Shown: positions 29,389-39,428 of the stretch, piece after piece
Position numbering within the stretch: position 1 is the first letter of the stretch
Layout of the letters: each line of letters begins with the position of its first letter
From: Candidatus Bathyarchaeota archaeon
Lineage (GTDB): Archaea > Thermoproteota > Bathyarchaeia > Bathyarchaeales > Bathycorpusculaceae
Direction of reading: 5' to 3'
NCBI GenBank assembly: GCA_963707955.1
Contig: OY970176.1
Span: 1,056,001-1,120,000, forward strand
DNA length: 64,000 bases
Translations under genes and position numbers: made by a program
Notes under the pieces: generated by a model
Seen by the model: the letters and a program-made list of their open reading frames with translations, nothing else
What the model was told of the DNA's origin: nothing
Database searches by the model: none

Positions 29389-29465
29389 TGGTGGACCGGT
29401 GGGGATTTGAACCCCAGACCTCCTGAGTGCAAGTCAGGCGTTCATACCAGCTGAACTACCGGCCC
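29389..29465 (-). tRNA. tRNA-Ala(UGC), intronless, with encoded CCA
   Basis: GGGCCGG-TA-GTTCAGCTGGTATGAAC-G-CCTGA-CTTGCAC-TCAGG-AGGTC-TGGGGTTCAAATCCCCA-CCGGTCC-A-CCA. It has the G3:U70 alanine identity pair. Confidence 0.97.
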
Positions 29466-29595
29466 GGGCTGCTTTCAGGAAAGAACCAGCGGTATCAAAT
29501 TTAGAGCTTTCGGTATCATAGCTTTGGGAAGACACGCTTTCGTGACCTATGATCGAGTCTTTCGAAACATGTGTGAAAAAAGTTTAACTGGGATA

Positions 29596-29634
29596 AGAAA
29601 AAAGTTAGAATGATCGATTCTGCAAGATCGATTA
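29596..29634 (-). terminator. Hairpin plus U-tract after the CxxC-x17-CxxC gene
   Basis: Minus strand: TAATCGAT-CTTGCAGA-ATCGATCA followed by TTTTTTCT. Confidence 0.5.
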
Positions 29635-29641
29635 GTTTGGT

Positions 29642-29782
29642 CTAGAATCTTCTTCTCGAAGTTCTTCGCTTAGACCAGCAATCTCGGCAGTAAACAGGTC
29701 TGCTTGGGTCGGGTGTGAAGGGAACTTCGCACTCCTTTCCACAATCAGCACAAACTGCCTTATGCATCTCTTTCTCTGCCAT
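29642..29782 (-). CDS. CxxC-x17-CxxC zinc-ribbon small protein (46 aa), absent from the ORF track
   Basis: MAEKEMHKAVCADCGKECEVPFTPDPSRPVYCRDCWSKRRTSRRRF*. SD is AAGGAG, with TATA-like TTTTATAAG at ~29857-29865. Confidence 0.92.
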   Translation of the reverse strand: MAEKEMHKAVCADCGKECEVPFTPDPSRPVYCRDCWSKRRTSRRRF

Positions 29783-30047
29783 ATACTATTTCAACTCCTT
29801 TGATTGGTTTGTGCAGAAATTGCTTCTTGCACGTCGCACCTATGAAATAGAAGCAACTTATAAAAGTTGCCATGAAAAAACAAGGCCTAACGGTGACTTC
29901 TTCCAGAATGTTAGACCATGTTTCTCAATGAACGCAGTTCACTGAGAGGCTAGCTGGGGCAGACTTCTTGCCGTATCTGGCGATCTTTAGCATCACGTTT
30001 TTAAGCACAGCCTTGCTACCTTAAGATTCTTTCAAACGGTGACCCGA

Positions 30048-31145
30048 ATGGTCGACCAAAGAATCGAAAAGCTCGCAGGACTCTGCGTCCGCTACAGCGT
30101 TGACGTGAAACCTAATGAACTAGTGCTTATACAAGGAAGCGAACAGGCTTTCCCTCTGATTAACGAAATCTTCAAGCAATGCCTTCTAAGCGACGCGCAA
30201 CCGATGATCCTTGCAAACCTTGATACGCAGCACACATTCTTCAAGTACGCAAAAGAACATCAACTGAAGTTCGTTTCCCCCATTCAGAAGTTCACAATGG
30301 AAAACATAGACGTGCGCATAAGCATATTCTGTGAACCGAGTCCGAAGGAACTGTCTACCGTGGACCCGTTGAAGATCAGAACCCGCATGGCTTCTGGAAA
30401 AGAGCTAGCTGAGATCTTCTACAGCCGCATTGCGGAGGGCAAACTTAGATGGACTGGCTTACCCTACCCGATAAACGCTCAAGCACAAGAAACCGACATG
30501 GCACTAAGCGACTACGAAGACTTTGTCTACAGCAGCTGTCTAATCGACGAGGAAGACCCGATTGCTGAATGGAAGAAAATTCATGAACAGCAGCAGAAAA
30601 TCTGCGAATTTCTAAACCAAACAAGCGAAATTCGTTTGGTGGGCGAGGACACGGACTTGACGTTCAACGCAGAGAGAAGGAAATGGATAAACTGCAGCGG
30701 AAAAGAGAACATGCCCGACGGTGAAGTGTTTACAGGACCGATCGAAAACTCGGCCAACGGGACCATAAGATTCACCTTCCCAGGAATATTTTCCGGCAGA
30801 GAAGTCGAAGACATAAAGCTCGCATTCAAAGATGGAAGAGTAGTGAAGGCTTCAGCGGCAAAGGGTGACGATTTTCTGCAGCAAACGCTGAAGATAGAAG
30901 GAGCGGACCGCCTCGGTGAAACCGCGATTGGCACAAACTACGGCATAACTAGATTCACCAAAAACATGCTCTTTGACGAAAAAATGGGCGGCACGGTGCA
31001 CATGGCTCTAGGCAACTCTTACCCAGAATCAGGAGGCAAAAACAGGTCAGCAATACACTGGGACATACTGAAAGACATGAAAAAAGGCGGAGAGATCTAC
31101 GCAGATGACAAGCTGTTCTACAAGAACGGCAAGTTCCTAATATAG
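30048..31145 (+). CDS. Aminopeptidase, M29 (thermophilic metalloprotease/AmpS-like)
   Basis: NMPDGEVFTGP, LGETAIGTN, LFDEKMGGTVHMALG, SAIHWDI. Confidence 0.93.
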   Translation: MVDQRIEKLAGLCVRYSVDVKPNELVLIQGSEQAFPLINEIFKQCLLSDAQPMILANLDTQHTFFKYAKEHQLKFVSPIQKFTMENIDVRISIFCEPSPKELSTVDPLKIRTRMASGKELAEIFYSRIAEGKLRWTGLPYPINAQAQETDMALSDYEDFVYSSCLIDEEDPIAEWKKIHEQQQKICEFLNQTSEIRLVGEDTDLTFNAERRKWINCSGKENMPDGEVFTGPIENSANGTIRFTFPGIFSGREVEDIKLAFKDGRVVKASAAKGDDFLQQTLKIEGADRLGETAIGTNYGITRFTKNMLFDEKMGGTVHMALGNSYPESGGKNRSAIHWDILKDMKKGGEIYADDKLFYKNGKFLI

Positions 31146-31215
31146 TAAAACACTTTTTTCCGATCGAGTCGTCATCTTCAGGAATCCGTCAAACTGGGAA
31201 AGAGTGATTCTTTGG

Positions 31216-31425
31216 ATGGCAAACAATGAGATTGAGGCTCAGAAGCGACGATCATTTAGAAACACCTTCTTCAACCTGAGTGTTTTCGAGTTTCTCACGT
31301 TTCTTCGAAGAGGAGTATTCTACACTTTCATGATCTACTACCTTTACAAAGTGACGAACACCGTAACGTCGACAACCGCCCTAGGAACTAGCATGCGAGG
31401 CCGCTGGCAGCGTTGTTCGCCATGA
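31216..31425 (+). pseudogene. Probable N-terminal fragment of an MFS transporter
   Basis: One MFS-TM1-like helix (FFNLSVFEFLTFLRRGVFYTFMIYYLY), then an abrupt loss of hydrophobic character and a stop. Confidence 0.5.
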
Positions 31426-31496
31426 AATTCGTAGTGCTGAAACACGATTAACGAAATTTTAAATTCAGGCGTCGTAGAATCAACCTGAGGGACACG

Positions 31497-31985
31497 ATGG
31501 TGGAACTCAAGACTGTCAAGGTTGAAGTATCAGAAGGTTGCAACTTGATTTTAGGCATGGCGCACTTCATCAAAACCGTTGAAGATCTGTATGAGGCCCT
31601 CGTAAACGCTGTTCCAAACGCAAAGTTCGGGATTGGCTTCTGCGAAAACTCAGGACCCTGCTTGGTCAGGCACGAAGGAAATGATGCATATTTGAGACAG
31701 CAGGCGGCGAAAAAGGCTCTGGAAATCAGCTGCGGCCACAGCTTCATAATCTTCTTGAAAAACGCTTACCCAATAAACGTCTTAGATAAGATTAAGACTG
31801 TGCCAGAGGTATGCACAATCTACGCGGCCACGGCTAATTCTCTGGAGGTGATTATAGCAGAGACTGAGCAGGGTCGAGGAATAATCGGCGTGGTAGACGG
31901 CTTCTCGAGCAAAGGCATCGAAGCCGAGAAAGACATAAAGGCACGGAAGGATTTTCTGAGGAAAATAGGTTACAAACTCAGCTGA
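31497..31985 (+). CDS. Adenosine-specific kinase family (PAE2307-like)
   Basis: [46 protein letters not shown]. Confidence 0.92.
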   Translation: MVELKTVKVEVSEGCNLILGMAHFIKTVEDLYEALVNAVPNAKFGIGFCENSGPCLVRHEGNDAYLRQQAAKKALEISCGHSFIIFLKNAYPINVLDKIKTVPEVCTIYAATANSLEVIIAETEQGRGIIGVVDGFSSKGIEAEKDIKARKDFLRKIGYKLS

Positions 31986-32066
31986 TTCTTGAGAAAAAAA
32001 TTGGCGCTGCAGGGTGAAGATGCCTGTGGATAGCGCTGCTGTTCGAGTGATAAAGAATGGTATGTT

Positions 32067-32291
32067 CTATCTGTTCATAGCTATTTCTTCTCGCAGTTCA
32101 AAGGGCATCTTCTCGTTCATTCTTTGAGCTGCATAGGTTGCTAGTCTCTTAAACTGGGGGTCTGTCAGAACATGTCGTGCTCTGGATAGAATTTCAAGGC
32201 AGATTTCTTTAAAAACCAAGTCGGCGCATCCCATTTTTGCGTCGTCGATCAATTCTTTGCAAGCTTGAAAGATTTGTTCGTTCAAAGGCAC
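32067..32291 (-). CDS. Small hypothetical helical protein
   Basis: GTG/TTG start after GGGTGA. Sequence LNEQIFQACKELIDDAK... Confidence 0.6.
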   Translation of the reverse strand: MPLNEQIFQACKELIDDAKMGCADLVFKEICLEILSRARHVLTDPQFKRLATYAAQRMNEKMPFELREEIAMNR

Positions 32292-32488
32292 TTCACCCTG
32301 CAAGCAACACTTGCAACTTGTGGAATTAAACACTTATGAAAACAAAAATATAATTGGAAATCCATCTTCAGCCTACCGAAACGATGTCTAGAGCCTGTCC
32401 AGAGGCACGCTCCAGCTCTGTTTAGGGTCGTCAGACACCTTGACCGCTTTTGCTCTTACCAACCACGTTAACCTTTTAAATATGAGCG

Positions 32489-33061
32489 TTGAATACGGTA
32501 AGCGAAAAGAAGGATGAAACCGTGGATAATGAGGTTCTGGACGCCATCAGGAACAGGCGCAGCGTCTTAAGGTTTGAAAGCACCCAAGTTGAAGAAGATA
32601 AAGTTGAAGCCATTCTCGAAGCCGGACGGTGGGCACCCTCTTGGATCAACAAGCAACCTTGGAGTTTTATAGTCATCAGAGACCAAAAAACCAAGGACGA
32701 ACTCAGCGAGGTCGTTCCAACCACCTTCGTCCAGGGACTGAAGGAGGCACCAGTCTGCATCGCGGTCACCGTTGACGCTGACGAAGACCCGTATCACCAC
32801 GTGGAAGACGGGGCAGCGGTTGCACAGAACATGGCACTGGCCGCTCACAGCCTAGGATTAAACACCTCTTGGATAGGAGTCTACGACCTGAAGAACCAGA
32901 AGAAGTCAGCCGAATCCAAGATTAAGGAAATTCTTGAACTTCCGAAAAACTATCGAGTGATCGCGCTCTTGCCACTTGGCCACGTTAAATACGAGGTTCC
33001 AAAGAAGGACAGAAAGACGCTTCGCCAGATAGTGTACCGAGAAAAATTCGGAAAGCGTTAA
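32489..33061 (+). CDS. Nitroreductase family protein
   Basis: RRSVLRF, LEAGRWAPS..NKQPW, QNMALAAHSLGL.TSW. Confidence 0.92.
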   Translation: MNTVSEKKDETVDNEVLDAIRNRRSVLRFESTQVEEDKVEAILEAGRWAPSWINKQPWSFIVIRDQKTKDELSEVVPTTFVQGLKEAPVCIAVTVDADEDPYHHVEDGAAVAQNMALAAHSLGLNTSWIGVYDLKNQKKSAESKIKEILELPKNYRVIALLPLGHVKYEVPKKDRKTLRQIVYREKFGKR

Positions 33062-33173
33062 AGTACGGAACGCGTCACATCGTCTCACATTTTTGATTTT
33101 GACTTGATCCTGCTTGGATGGCAATTGCTATATAATGCTGCTTGCCTAACCCCAGTGAAGCGGCGACCGTTAC

Positions 33174-33716
33174 ATGGGTTACGTTGCTTTGTGGAAAGCT
33201 CTGGAACAAATGGTTACAGACTTTCGCAAGAAAGGATTAAGCGTTCCAACAGAAATCATGAGCGACCTTAAAAATGCGAAGACCCTGATTAAAATCTTGA
33301 AGGCTGAACCGAGCCGCGGAGAAAACATTCAGAAAATTGAGCAATGCTTGGAAAACGTGGAATCCTACCTCATTTCTGAAGGTCAAAGAGAGTTCGGGGT
33401 AGAATACGTTGACCAATGGCTTGAGCGGTTGGACAAGGCCAGAAGAGAAATCCTTGATGAGGAGGACAAAGAAACGAGGTTTATCCCTGGACTCCCAAGG
33501 CACCGAAAGTGGATTCGCGTTACATCTTCAGCAGACTTACCCCTTGAAAAACTGACGGCAATTGCGGATCAGATGAGCCTCTCTTATAACGTTCACAAGA
33601 ACGGCTCCTTGCTCGTCTACGGCGAAGACCAGAGCATAAAGGATTTTGTCAAAAAGATGGCTTCGAAATACGAGTCAAAGGCTGAGAAATATCGTAAAAA
33701 AGTACATAACCGTTAA
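33174..33716 (+). CDS. DUF2096-like archaeal protein
   Basis: WKALEQMVTDFRKKG..., RFIPGLP...WIRV C-terminal domain. Confidence 0.7.
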   Translation: MGYVALWKALEQMVTDFRKKGLSVPTEIMSDLKNAKTLIKILKAEPSRGENIQKIEQCLENVESYLISEGQREFGVEYVDQWLERLDKARREILDEEDKETRFIPGLPRHRKWIRVTSSADLPLEKLTAIADQMSLSYNVHKNGSLLVYGEDQSIKDFVKKMASKYESKAEKYRKKVHNR

Positions 33717-33809
33717 AGCTTCATGGCACAGTAAATGCTTTTATAAAAAGTGCCACAGACTGTCTGCAAGAAAAATGCGGACGTTTCGAAGCGTGAGGGC
33801 GCAGATTCA

Positions 33810-36800
33810 ATGCCCTACATCAAGAAAATGGAGCTAAGGGGTTTCAAATCATTCGGACCGCAGGACGTTAAAATAGTCCTAGACAAGGGTTTCACGGCGA
33901 TAACAGGCCCAAACGGAAGCGGAAAAACAAACGTCCTCGATGCTTTTCTATTCTCACTCGGCGAACTGAGCACAAGAAGACTCCGTGCAGAAACCGCCGC
34001 CAAACTGATCTTCCACGGGTCAGAACAGGCCGGGTTAGAAAGGGCCAAAATGGCCAAGGTAGTGATCCAGTTCGACAACTCAGACGCGCGCATGCCCGTC
34101 GACACGACAACAGTTACGATTTCCAGGGAAGTCTACAGGAACGGACTAAGCGTGTACAGGCTTAACGGCAGAAGAATTTCGAGAACCCACATCATGGAAA
34201 TCCTTTCCATGGCCGGAATAAGCTCCGCAAGCCAAAACATAATCCTGCAGGGCACCATTACTCGACTGACGGACATCTCCCCTGTGGAACGTAGAAGAAT
34301 CATCGAAGACCTTATTGGAATAGGCCAATACGACACCGAAAAAGCCGAAGCAGAAGAAAAGCTGCGAGCAGCAGACATCTCCATACGCACCGCTATGGGT
34401 AGAATTGACGAAGTACAGAAGAGGCTTGACGACCTGGAGAGAGAACGCAACGAACTGCTCAAAGTCAGCTTCATCCAGGCTGAACTGAGACAGTTTGAAG
34501 CGGTCAAGATCTCACATGATATGATACAGATACAGAAGAAGGTTGAGGAAAATTCGTCGCAAGCAGACAAGGTTAAGACCAGAGTAGAAAAACTCAGAGA
34601 GCTGCGTGACGGTCACAGGTCGAAAAGAAGAGAAGTTGAGGGTGAATGGCGAAGACTAAGCTCCGAAATGGTCGAGGAAGGCGGCTCTCAGGTAGTCAAG
34701 GTGCAGATAAAGATCGGAGAGCTGAAATCAAAACTCACAGAGTTGGCGACCAGGATAAGCTCTGGGAAAACAACCCTTGAAGGGCTGACGAGAATCAGGG
34801 AAAACAACCTCCAACAACACCAAGCAATTCAAAAGGAAATTCATGAAAACCGGTTAAAGACAAGGCACTTCAAGAGCGAACATGAAAGAATTCTTGGCCA
34901 GATAAAAGAGAAACAAGCAGAACATGATACTCTAGCACAAGAAGCCGCCCAGCTTTGGGAAAACCTTGGGGAAAACAGCAAGAAAATACGGGAGATCGAG
35001 CTTAAGATCGAGGGAGACAACAAGAGACTCGTATCCTTGAGGTCCGAATACGTAAAGAATCAGACAGCCATCAAGGCTCGGACGAGAAGACAGAAGGACT
35101 TAAACGATCGCAAGCAACGGTTTGCAGCAACACTCAGCGAGCTTGAAAAGTCTTTCTCTGAGCTTGAAAAAGTTCAGAAAGAACAAAAAACTCAGCTGAA
35201 AAACCTAGAACGGAACCTTGAAAGAAGAAGCGCTCAAAAAGAAGCTGTTGAGAGAGAAATAGTTGAAGCAAGTAAGATAGCTGATTCAGCGCGTGAAGCG
35301 GTCGTAGAGTTTGCAACCCAGAGAGAACTTGCAGAAACTGTGGCCGCAGAGGAGAAAGCCCTCAGAAGCATAGAAGAGCTGGGCGAACTGGGCGTCATCA
35401 AGGGCGTCTACGGTAGACTTCGCAACCTAGCGAAAATCGACAAGACCTACCTAAGAGCAATCGAAGCTGCATCAGTAGGATGGCTTGACGCTGTCGTCGT
35501 AAAAGACTTCGACTCGGCTTTCACGTGTACAGAAACGTTAAGAAGGATGAAACTTGGGAGAATAAAGATCATTCCCCTCGAAGGAGTAGCCCCTGCTAAA
35601 CCCTTCAAAATTCCCGAAAAGGAAGGCGTCCGCGGCTCTGCTGAGGCTTTCATAAAGTCTGAAAAGAGTTGTGGACCTGCGGTCCGCTTCGTTTTCGGAG
35701 ACACACTAGTTGTAGCGGACGACAAGACCGCTTTCACGTTGGCCAGTCAGGGCTATCGCAGTGTAACAGTTGAAGGAGACGTTTACGAGGTTGGCGGTGC
35801 ATTTGAAAGTGGTTACTACCGTGCTCCCATAGACTTTTCCACTATAATCCCAAGTCAGACAGCCATCAAAAGCTTAGATGAGGCTGTCAACGCTCTTCAG
35901 CAGCATCTTTCAAGGAGAAACGATGACATAACCAGCTATGAAGACGAAATCGACCGAACTCGCGTTGAAATTGCCCGCTTGTCCGAAGCTATAACAACGT
36001 TAGACAGGGAAATTTTCAGGGTGAAAAGAAGCGTCAGGAGAACAAGGTCCAACGTTAGACGCGTTGATCACTACATCGTTCGAATCAACAAAGAAATCGA
36101 GAATGAGAAAGCCCAGATGTGGGTGCACAGCGCTGAGAGGAGCTCGATCCTGAAGGAGATGCGAAGACTCCAGAACGAGTTGGCAGTTCTGAGAAAAAGG
36201 ACAGACCCTGGGCACATTCAGGAAATGGAAGTCAAGAGGGAGAAACTGTCAGAAGGGATAATCACTCTGAGACAGATGCTGGGAACAAGCCAGACGGAAA
36301 TATCAACGCTGCAGTCGCAGTTCGACAACGTTCTGAGGGTTGGGTACCAGAACTCAAAGATTCAGACCTCAAAGGTTGAGCAGCAACTGCGGAAGGTAGA
36401 GAAAGAAGTGGAGGATGCATTGCAGCAGAGGGAAGCACTGAAGCAGGAACTTTCGCAACTGGAGAAGAACCGAGTTGAACTCTCAAAGACAGTTTTCTCA
36501 GCAAGGGAGGGAGCAAAGAAATTCACTAGCCAGATTGACGATATAGACAAAGAACTTCGCAAGCTGGACGCTGAGTATGAACAAGTCGACCGTCTGCAAA
36601 ACCAGCTTCAGCTGAACGTCCAAACCTCTCTTCTGCAGCTTGAACAGTACCAAAACCAGCTGAGACTTTCCGGCTATGAACAACCACTGACCGTGACTCC
36701 GAAACAGGTTGAGGAAGCCGAAACCTCCATGAAGATGATGCAGCTTGAACTTGAAAGAATAGGCGCAGTCAACCAGCTTGCGTTGTCGCATTATGCCGAC

Positions 36801-37361
36801 CAGATTTCACGTTACAAGGAACTTTCGATCAGGTTGAACGAGCTTGAAAAAGAAAAGCAGGCAATAGTACAGTTCATGGACGAGATCGACCGGAAGAAGC
36901 GCAAAATCTTCGTGGAAGCCTTCGAAAAAATCAACCGAGACCAGAACGTATACTTCTCGAAGCTCACAGGAGGCGGCACCTCCACGATGACGCTTGAAAA
37001 CGTCGAAGAACCCTTTGCAGGAGGCATAGACATGCTCGTCCAATTTCCCAACAAACCCTCAATAGTCGTGAGCGGTGCCAGCGGAGGCGAACGCTCTGTA
37101 GCAGCCGTCGCGTTCCTGTTTGCTCTTAGGGAGTTCACACCCGCATCCTTCTACATCCTTGACGAGATCGACGCTCACCTAGACGCTTTCCACGTTTCAA
37201 AACTGGCTGAGCTCCTGCGAGAAGAATCGGACAGGACACAGTTTATAGTTATCACTCTAAAACCCGAAATGGTGAACAAAGCTCAGAAAGTCTACGGGGC
37301 CTATATGAGCAACGGAGTGTCAAACGTCATTTCCGCCAAACTGCTGGAGGTCCCAAGCTAG
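33810..37361 (+). CDS. smc: Chromosome segregation protein SMC
   Basis: GFKSFG, Walker A GPNGSGKTN, Q-loop ILQG, coiled coils, hinge GVYGRL/GRIKIIPL, signature ASGGERS, Walker B ILDEIDAHLD. Start is ATG 33810. Confidence 0.97.
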   Translation: MPYIKKMELRGFKSFGPQDVKIVLDKGFTAITGPNGSGKTNVLDAFLFSLGELSTRRLRAETAAKLIFHGSEQAGLERAKMAKVVIQFDNSDARMPVDTTTVTISREVYRNGLSVYRLNGRRISRTHIMEILSMAGISSASQNIILQGTITRLTDISPVERRRIIEDLIGIGQYDTEKAEAEEKLRAADISIRTAMGRIDEVQKRLDDLERERNELLKVSFIQAELRQFEAVKISHDMIQIQKKVEENSSQADKVKTRVEKLRELRDGHRSKRREVEGEWRRLSSEMVEEGGSQVVKVQIKIGELKSKLTELATRISSGKTTLEGLTRIRENNLQQHQAIQKEIHENRLKTRHFKSEHERILGQIKEKQAEHDTLAQEAAQLWENLGENSKKIREIELKIEGDNKRLVSLRSEYVKNQTAIKARTRRQKDLNDRKQRFAATLSELEKSFSELEKVQKEQKTQLKNLERNLERRSAQKEAVEREIVEASKIADSAREAVVEFATQRELAETVAAEEKALRSIEELGELGVIKGVYGRLRNLAKIDKTYLRAIEAASVGWLDAVVVKDFDSAFTCTETLRRMKLGRIKIIPLEGVAPAKPFKIPEKEGVRGSAEAFIKSEKSCGPAVRFVFGDTLVVADDKTAFTLASQGYRSVTVEGDVYEVGGAFESGYYRAPIDFSTIIPSQTAIKSLDEAVNALQQHLSRRNDDITSYEDEIDRTRVEIARLSEAITTLDREIFRVKRSVRRTRSNVRRVDHYIVRINKEIENEKAQMWVHSAERSSILKEMRRLQNELAVLRKRTDPGHIQEMEVKREKLSEGIITLRQMLGTSQTEISTLQSQFDNVLRVGYQNSKIQTSKVEQQLRKVEKEVEDALQQREALKQELSQLEKNRVELSKTVFSAREGAKKFTSQIDDIDKELRKLDAEYEQVDRLQNQLQLNVQTSLLQLEQYQNQLRLSGYEQPLTVTPKQVEEAETSMKMMQLELERIGAVNQLALSHYADQISRYKELSIRLNELEKEKQAIVQFMDEIDRKKRKIFVEAFEKINRDQNVYFSKLTGGGTSTMTLENVEEPFAGGIDMLVQFPNKPSIVVSGASGGERSVAAVAFLFALREFTPASFYILDEIDAHLDAFHVSKLAELLREESDRTQFIVITLKPEMVNKAQKVYGAYMSNGVSNVISAKLLEVPS

Positions 37362-38062
37362 TGTCGGCAACGGCAACAAAGAAGCCGTTCTATCTGTTTC
37401 CTCCATGGAACATTCTCTTCGAGTTCCACAGACTGGAAAAGCTTGCACCCTGGAACGTCAGCATCGCATACTTACTAACGTCGTTTCTTGAGAACATGGA
37501 GAAAACGGGCCAAGTGGATTTCAGGGCATCAGGAGTGGCTCTTGACTCTTCAGCCCTCATATACCTAATGAAGTCAAGGCTTCTGCTGAAACTTGAAGAA
37601 CCCTCACCGCCGCCGAAGCCGCCAATGGACTTCTTGCCTCCGCCACTTTTCCTGCCACTGAGACACGAATTGACGTCTACGACCATTGGAAACCTTCTGG
37701 AAGTATTGGACGACATCCTAAAACTGGAGAAGCTGATTCGCCCAGAAAAACTTGTCCAACAGCCTGTCTTGCCAACGCCCTCGGAAATACTTCCTCAACT
37801 GGACATGTACCTGATGGAAATTGAGCTCCAGATGGAAAAGCTCCACGCCTCTCTTTCGGAACGAGTGAAAGGCGCGGGGATAATAGAGTTCTCAACCTTG
37901 ATTAAGGGAGTCGGGCGGTTTGAGGCGATCCGCACGTTCATTCTTTTACTGTTCTTGGCGCAGGATGGAAAAATCAGCCTGTGGCAGAACGAAGAGACAG
38001 AGGAGATTTACATAGCTGTTGGTGATTTGAAACTTGCAGGAAGTGGACAAACAGGCACCTAG
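37361..38062 (+). CDS. scpA: Kleisin ScpA
   Basis: LAPWNVSI N-domain, C-terminal FILLLFLAQDGKISLWQ. Lies between smc and scpB. Confidence 0.88.
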   Translation: MSATATKKPFYLFPPWNILFEFHRLEKLAPWNVSIAYLLTSFLENMEKTGQVDFRASGVALDSSALIYLMKSRLLLKLEEPSPPPKPPMDFLPPPLFLPLRHELTSTTIGNLLEVLDDILKLEKLIRPEKLVQQPVLPTPSEILPQLDMYLMEIELQMEKLHASLSERVKGAGIIEFSTLIKGVGRFEAIRTFILLLFLAQDGKISLWQNEETEEIYIAVGDLKLAGSGQTGT

Positions 38063-38636
38063 CCTAGGCGAAGAGGAAAGTGAGAAGCCGACTCCGGCAA
38101 GGACACATGATGACTTGTCGATGGTAGAGGCAGCTTTGTACGTTGCTGGACGCCCCCTAGACCTAAACGAGTTATGCTCCGTCTTGAAAACCCGGTCAAA
38201 GAATAGGGCCAGAAGAACAACGAAGACCCTCATGCAGCAGTACGCATGCAGAAACACTGCGCTCGAAATTCTGGAACTAAAGGACGAGAGATACGTTCTG
38301 CAGATTAAGGCCGATTTCACACCGCATGTCAAGAAGTTTGTCAACAGACCGTTGCTTTCTCTCGGTCCTTTAAAGACCCTTTCATACATAGCCTACAGAC
38401 AGCCAGTGTCTCAGAAAAGAGTGATCGAAGTGCGAGGTCGTCACGCCTACACTCACGTAAGAACCTTAAAGGAAATGGGGCTGATTGGAAGTGAAAGAAG
38501 CGGAAGGTCATCGGTTCTCAGGACCACAGAGTATTTCGCGGACTACTTCGGTCTTAGTCCAGACACAGCATCGATGAAAAAAGAGCTCAAACATGTTTTC
38601 GAAGAATTTCCTAACGCAGACAAACGTTCAGACTGA
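38034..38636 (+). CDS. scpB: ScpB
   Basis: VEAALYVAGRPL, LKTLSYIAYRQPV, VRG, TTEYFADYFGL. Confidence 0.93.
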   Translation: MQEVDKQAPSLGEEESEKPTPARTHDDLSMVEAALYVAGRPLDLNELCSVLKTRSKNRARRTTKTLMQQYACRNTALEILELKDERYVLQIKADFTPHVKKFVNRPLLSLGPLKTLSYIAYRQPVSQKRVIEVRGRHAYTHVRTLKEMGLIGSERSGRSSVLRTTEYFADYFGLSPDTASMKKELKHVFEEFPNADKRSD

Positions 38637-38710
38637 AAACGGATAGGCTTATATTCGAAAGAGCCATGATAGTCCACACTCAAAATTCGGCAACACTGGA
38701 GAAATGAAGA

Positions 38711-39106
38711 ATGTCAGTTTGGCATGGCAAAATGCACAAGCAAAAACCATCAGGAGGCAGAAGACACGTCTACAGAAAGAAGAGAAAGTTTGAGCAGGGC
38801 ACGTTTCCAGCCGAGACCATGATGGGAGAGCAGAAGAAAAAAGTTGTTAGAGGAAGAGGCGGAAACCTGAAAATCAAGGTTCTGAGTGAAAAACAGGTCT
38901 GCGTCACCGACCCGAAGACTGGAAGAACAGAGAAAACAGAAGTTGTACGAGTTGTCAAGAACCCTGCGAACATCGATTACGACCGCAGAGGCGTGATCAC
39001 TAAGGGAGCCGTTGTACAGACTCCTCTAGGCCAAGCAAGGATAACATCCCGCCCTGGACAACACGGAATACTGAACGCTGTCCTCATAAGCGCGGAGAAA
39101 AGCTAA
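38711..39106 (+). CDS. rps8e: 30S ribosomal protein S8e
   Basis: KPSGG, RGRGGNLK, RRGVITKGA, TSRPGQHG. Confidence 0.97.
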   Translation: MSVWHGKMHKQKPSGGRRHVYRKKRKFEQGTFPAETMMGEQKKKVVRGRGGNLKIKVLSEKQVCVTDPKTGRTEKTEVVRVVKNPANIDYDRRGVITKGAVVQTPLGQARITSRPGQHGILNAVLISAEKS

Positions 39107-39110
39107 CCTC

Positions 39111-39410
39111 TTATTCCACTTTAGCCACAGAGCGTATGTTTGAAAGTTTTTTTGCAATCATCGTGATCGTTTGGTTCTTAGAGCCTTTCTTCTCGACTAG
39201 AACCATACCGGTTTTCAACCAAGACGATTTGGGGTAACCAGCGTCTGGAAAAACCTCGCAGGCCAAACTCAGTTTTTCCGCCGCCTCTTTCACCTCTGCG
39301 ATTTTCGGAGAAACAACAGCGATGCTTTTTGGCACTCGCCTTCCATCCTCTCTGCTTCTGGCTACGTCAAAGTAAGCTGGCCAGATGATCACCTTATCTT
39401 GTTTTCGCAA
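39111..39410 (-). CDS. srp19: Signal recognition particle protein SRP19
   Basis: IIWPAYFD..SREDGRRVPK, YPK..W. Confidence 0.93.
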   Translation of the reverse strand: MRKQDKVIIWPAYFDVARSREDGRRVPKSIAVVSPKIAEVKEAAEKLSLACEVFPDAGYPKSSWLKTGMVLVEKKGSKNQTITMIAKKLSNIRSVAKVE

Positions 39411-39428
39411 GTTCTCTTTCTCCGAAGG

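Noticed and set aside
29715-29945. 76-aa plus-strand ORF
   Set aside because: It is antisense to the real CxxC-x17-CxxC gene and its promoter.
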